Positions 45,923-64,000 of a stretch of DNA of 64,000 nucleotides are shown one piece after another (position 1 is the first letter of the stretch; the number at the start of each line of letters is the position of its first letter). The stretch covers positions 5,006,303 through 5,070,302 of the forward strand of contig CM082582.2 of NCBI GenBank assembly GCA_040954595.2, read 5' to 3'. The position numbers were made by a program, and so were the translations under genes. A model generated the notes under the pieces. That model made no database searches. It was not told where the DNA came from and saw only the letters and a program-made list of their open reading frames with translations. Source of the DNA: Balanoglossus misakiensis. Its lineage: Eukaryota; Animalia; Hemichordata.

Positions 45923-48342
45923 TGGACGGAGAATTCTTCTTTACCATCTTTGCTGGGAGTCTAAGTCTTGTAAATCGTATTGGCTGTCTCTGTGCTTGCC
46001 TACGAACAATGAACTTTGCTGTCTTTGGAACAGGTTTTTTTCCCCCAACATGGATGACAATCAATTTCGCGTCCAAGCGCTTATCTGCAAACCAGGGATT
46101 GTGACTGTTTTTCTGCAACACGAGATTCCAAACAGTGAGTGAATAAAAAAATAAGCTTTCAGGAAAACTGTTGGGGAAGAGGCAATGGCTACCAGCCTTC
46201 TATCTTAACCACTGAGAGCAGCTGTTTTGAACTACATGTACTCATCAGTGGAGTAAAGAAGCAATTGCTATGTGCCAAGTGACCAGTTAAGGGATAACAC
46301 ATCAAGGTTTGGTTGAGAAATCTCCACCAGTACCAGCTGACCAGTACTCTTGTCAGGTTTTGGAGACAAAATTTGATACCCTCCTGTGATGTGTGCACTG
46401 TGTTGTGAGCATTGCATTTACATGGGAGAATCTGACATAAAACTACATGTGTCTTTGAGGAATTTTTCTAAAAATAACACTACGTTAATCTACATTGACT
46501 TTTTAAGACTTTCAAGCAACTGCCATGAGTTGATTGCGATAATTTAGATGTTTTTGAATGCAAACCACAAATATTTGCATCATGATAATGATAATATAGG
46601 ATAAAGATGTTTTGAACAAATTTTCCAATAATCTGTAATTGTGTATTTCAGAAATTTTCAGAAGTGTTCAGAGTTGCTCTTTTTTAAAGGTTGTGTTTGC
46701 CATCTTTTATCAGACATGTCAATTTTGTCCATTTTAATACAATAGTAGTCATGCAAGGAGGAGTTGGGTACTTGTCACAATCCAGCAGGAATCATGTCAT
46801 CTGTGGTGTCTGGACAAACAATTTAATTAAAGTGAGCACAGAGTTTCAATCTTAGCTTTACAGCATTTGTTCATGTTTTCTGTGCTGTAACTTAGTTTTG
46901 TTCAGTTGAAATATAGGGCAAAGCCACTCACATTGGAAATTACTTTGGCTAATTAATACCATCAGACAAGTTTGTTCAAACAAGGGAGAGATGTTCCAGA
47001 AATGTCACCACCATAACTTATTCTTAAACTAGATAACTTTTTTGAAGTTTTCATGTTAATACAACCAAAACGAACCTGGTGCTGTTGCCAGAATAAATTT
47101 TAAGAGACTTAATACAAAATCAGTGTTTCTTTTGGTGCTTTGTAAGCCAAGAATCAGACGTTTCTGTTCAGGAAAACAATGTTATATAGATATACTGCTT
47201 GGCATGTTTACCAAGCTTTTCAATGCAAAACAGTCAAAATGTAACTTGTAATAAAACACATTGCGATTTTGAAGGTAAATAGAAATTTTACAATTTTATG
47301 TGTATTGTTCATGTTATCTTTCGATTTACAGAAAATGCCAATTTGTGTCCATGACATTTTACTGTATTCCATCATAAGTTTATTAAAAATACGCAGAAAA
47401 ATATAAAGAATTCGTACAGTTTCTTTCTTGCTCTGAATATAGATACTTTCATGTAGCCTCCACAGTTCCCTTGACCTGGTCAAATATTATTCGAAATTTT
47501 CTCTTAACCAATTTTGGATTTTATCCACACAAATTTAAAACAGTCTGAAAAGTTACTCTCAATCATTAAAAAAAGCCATTTGATATGTTTAGAAAGTATA
47601 AGTTTTTATGAAATGTAATATAAGGTATCAATGAAACTGCATTAGAAAGGAAGTCATAGTTACCATCTTCAGCCTCGGTGCATTCTGGGAATATGTATTT
47701 TAGCAGTGCTTATCTGCCGAGGTGACCAAAAATCACACTCCTGTTTGGACTAACTATCAGTATCATGTGTGGTCCAAGTAAATTTTTGACCGATTCTGGC
47801 CTCTATACGTAGAACCAAGCAAGTTATATATGGACTTGTGCAATTTCACACATGGTACTGGTACATTGGCAAAGTCCAGAAAATGCACTGTGTAACTGTT
47901 CCATAAAGACTGATTGCACTTAAGTTAGGCCATGTTAACTTTGAAGCAAAAGTTACAATTATAGCTTAGCGGTATCTGCATTAGACAAGAAAGCATTGTT
48001 AGTTACACTACGGTCAATGAGTACTAGGATCTCATGTTCACATGTCCATCAATCTAGTAAACCTAAAATTTCAAAACATCATCTGAAGTTTATATTCCAT
48101 TTACCCTAGCATTCTAAAACTGAAAATGCAATTTTTCTCTAGCAGTTTTGTGATTCATGCATTTATCAAGGTGAGATCATCAAAGCGATAGCATGTATTC
48201 TTATTTTGTAATCAGTTACTGTAAATATTATATTAATTTAAGATTTTGCACTTTGTGCAGTTTAGAAAAAAAAATGTGTTTCACTTCTCATCGATTCTGC
48301 TTTTTGATAACTTTCAAAAAGGATGATGGTGTTATACGTTGG

Positions 48343-50206
48343 TTAAGACAGCTGTCTGGTCACACTGTCACTCAGAAGTGAATACAACTTTTCATAGACT
48401 TCCGTCTCTGATGCTGGCTGCTTGATGTCATTGATGACAACGCATTCTTTCAACAGCTGGTCAACTTCGTCAGCAATTGCAGCCGGTGGGTAGCGCAACA
48501 GACCAGGATTGGCATGCTTGGCCATAAAGATCTTTCGACAAACAGCCTGTTAATATGAAAAAAAAAAATTGAAGCAAATCGAAGTTTACAGTACAAATAC
48601 TGACGTTCAACATGACGCAAGATTGTTAGTGAAACAGAAAACATTCTGTTGGTGAAAGAGAAATGATGAGCTCTCTGGAGAAACTTTTGGTGAGTTTTGT
48701 ATTTTTCACTAGAACTCGGATAAATGTGACTGTTAAGGTGTATATAGCCACTATTTTTCAGAATGTATGGTGATATGCCCTGTTGGCTATTAGACTGCAT
48801 TCTACTATCAACAATACCTGCAAGTTGTCATCTTTCCTGTGTCGTAGACATTTCTTCTCTTGAAAGTCACAGTTGCCGAGACAATCAAAGAAATCACACT
48901 CTTCGTTGGTCGAACAACTTGGTTGCACCAGCGTACTCTGCATGTGTTTCTCCAAGAACGCCATGTCTACATCTATGGCCACTACGGAGAGATCCTTCCT
49001 CACGCCGAAGTTTTCATTCTTGACGTCGCATAGATGCATGACCTGGCCGTAACCGGTGTCCAAGTTGGCGATCAAGTCCAGAAACCCGAGGGCTATCCGG
49101 GCGCGATTCGGCCAAGGCGCGGCCTGCATGTTCTCCTCCAGGCTAAAGATCGACGGATCCAAGATCTTGCCCGTCGGCACGTATTCCATCGCGTAGAAAT
49201 GGCCGCACGAACCGAACACCGTTGGCAGATGTCGGTCGTCGAAGTACTTCATAAACAGGTATTCGTCCTGCTGCAACAAACTCCACAGACTCTCCTTTTC
49301 GGCCAGAGTCATTTCCCCGACGCTCTCGACCTCCTTCGACCACATCTTCCGCACCATTTCGACTTTATCGTCGCGCTCGTCCAAATCAAACGCCATGTGC
49401 ATAGTACTGTACACCATGTCGAGAAACATATGGGGCTCCGGGACGTGAGTGGCTGTTTTGCCTTCTTGTTCGACCCTAAACGCTACGTGGTAGTAACTGT
49501 CCAAATCTCCATATTTTGACTTGAAGATGACGTCCTCATCACTCTTTTCAAACAACATCACTTTTTTACCTCTCTTAAAGTATAGACAGGATTTAAACTT
49601 GAGGGTCAACTCGGTGCACAGACTGGGACACAAGTTGCCATCAACCTTATTGGCCCTATACAGATCACACTGCAACAAAGAATAAGAATTACTACACAAA
49701 CCTCGTACAATTAGGAAAAAATTCTACTAAATTGTTCATTAAATGAACAATGCATTGTTACAGTGATGATTTCTGTGTACTTTTTTCCAAAATAAAATCT
49801 CAATCATTTTTTTATATCATGGTTCAGAAATTTTTATTAAATTTATCTTTTCTATATTATGTGATAAAATCCTACAAATTCATACACAAAAAGAATACCA
49901 CACTATTCCTCTGGGATAATATAAGTATATTGCAGTATATTGGTTCAACGACACTGAAAGGAGTGAGATAAACAGTTGTTTCTAACCCTCAAGAGAGTGT
50001 AACACAAATGAGATATCATTCATTGTAATCTCCTCCAAGCAGTGACAACTCACCAAACGTTGTAACATTTCTTGTGACTCATCATCAGAGCATCTCTCAG
50101 AAATATGGAGGACTTTGCGTGGCCCATGATGCAACACATAGAAGACAAGGCCAACGACAAACAGGAGAATGGCGGCCCGGATCAGCTGCTTTATTTGGCA
50201 GCGCAT
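48343..50206 (-). CDS. DIPK1: Divergent protein kinase domain 1 (FAM69/DIPK1 family) membrane-anchored kinase-like protein
   Basis: Exons 50206-50054 (TM anchor), 49669-48818 (CDLY..GNLCPSLC, SLWSLLQQDEY, GSCGHFYAMEY, HLCDVKNENFG, IDVDMAF, CDFFDC), 48546-48343 (AVCRKIF..LL). Confidence 0.92.
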
Positions 50207-51239
50207 ATTACAGAGGCCACAAACTCTTATGTCACATCTGTGGGGAAAAATAAAAAGTTACTTTCTGTGAATAACAGGCTGAAACTTCTACATAGCTTGT
50301 TTAACATATGTTCCTATTCCTAAAATGTGATAACTTTATGATATATCTAATATTGTCAATTTTGAGAGACATTTACTCAAAATAAAGTTACGTTCCTTGC
50401 AAGTTTCCCTCATATAGGGTTCTTTCAAAGTGAACTTTTGAATCAGATCCATTCCTACCAAACCAAAGTTGATATTCAAAACTTCATAGATAGCCAATAT
50501 GCTAAATATTTATATGGATGGGGAATATCCAAAATATTAAGGCCAGTAAGAGCTGTGGAATCTCACACAATAATATGCTTTTCATTAATACTGTTGTTGT
50601 TGTTGTTGTTTTTGTTGTTGTTTTTGTCGTCGTCCTTGATTGTCATCTGCAACATGACCCCTGGTGTTCAAAGTGAAATTTTGGTGAGTATAGCCCTTCT
50701 TTATTCTTGTGAATTGTCCTAACTTGCTTTTCAATGATCCAGAGAACAACAGGTGTCATAAACAACCGATATTCGAAAAAAATGATCTCGGGTTTAAATT
50801 CACTAAATTACATGGCCTTCAATTTGTATGTATAAAACGGCTATTGAAAGATACTATTTATTAAGTCACTGAGTGAATATTTGGAACGGCTGATTAATTC
50901 AGCCTTTTCTGTCGCGAAATGAGAATAATAATCGCTGCTTTCCGATTCCCAATGTACGGAAATGGAATTAAAAACAACAATTTGTTCTATTGACTTTGCC
51001 GTTGTTTATCATCGGACAGTTCTCAATGTCGTTACCGATGTTGATATCATATGTTTTCCCCTTGGGTCATTTTTGATTACAAGATAAGATCTCTATCTAG
51101 ACTATCACTTTATAGGACTGTACATGTGGCATACACGATATCGAACATGAGTTCTTGCATCTATCATGTCTTTAGAAAAAAACTATACATTGAAACGTTA
51201 CCATAGGTTACAACGAAACACATCAGATCATTTCGACAT

Positions 51240-63959
<12,720 letters not shown>

Positions 63960-64000
63960 GTAATTTGCATATTGTGAGAGGTTTTTAACTGGTTTCTAAC

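Noticed and set aside
49034-49519. 161-aa plus-strand ORF
   Set aside because: Antisense to the GC-rich DIPK1 exon.

Overview
Intron-rich, AT-rich animal genomic DNA; a marine invertebrate deuterostome such as a hemichordate is my inference, not a certain assignment. Most ORF-track entries are exon fragments or microsatellite noise. Hand-spliced gene models give, in order: (1) a 5'-incomplete ROCO gene (ankyrin-ROC-COR-death domain, DAPK-like C-terminus) whose N-terminus is a tandem array of 18 single-repeat, phase-0 ankyrin exons that vary at the binding-surface positions; (2) a 23-exon, ~1166-aa vitellogenin/apolipophorin-family lipid-transfer gene with a TSP1-like module and a cysteine-rich tail but no visible vWD domain, with two initiator tRNA-Met genes in one intron; (3) two tandem GGCT paralogues; (4) an uncharacterised EF-hand/acidic/ubiquitin-like gene; (5) CYBA; (6) CDT1; (7) DIPK1/FAM69; (8) 3'-incomplete PHAF1/C16orf70. 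There are also several MITEs, microsatellites and two U12-type introns. The best candidate for a new system is the modular, diversified ankyrin-exon ROCO gene, which may be a variable innate-immune receptor.
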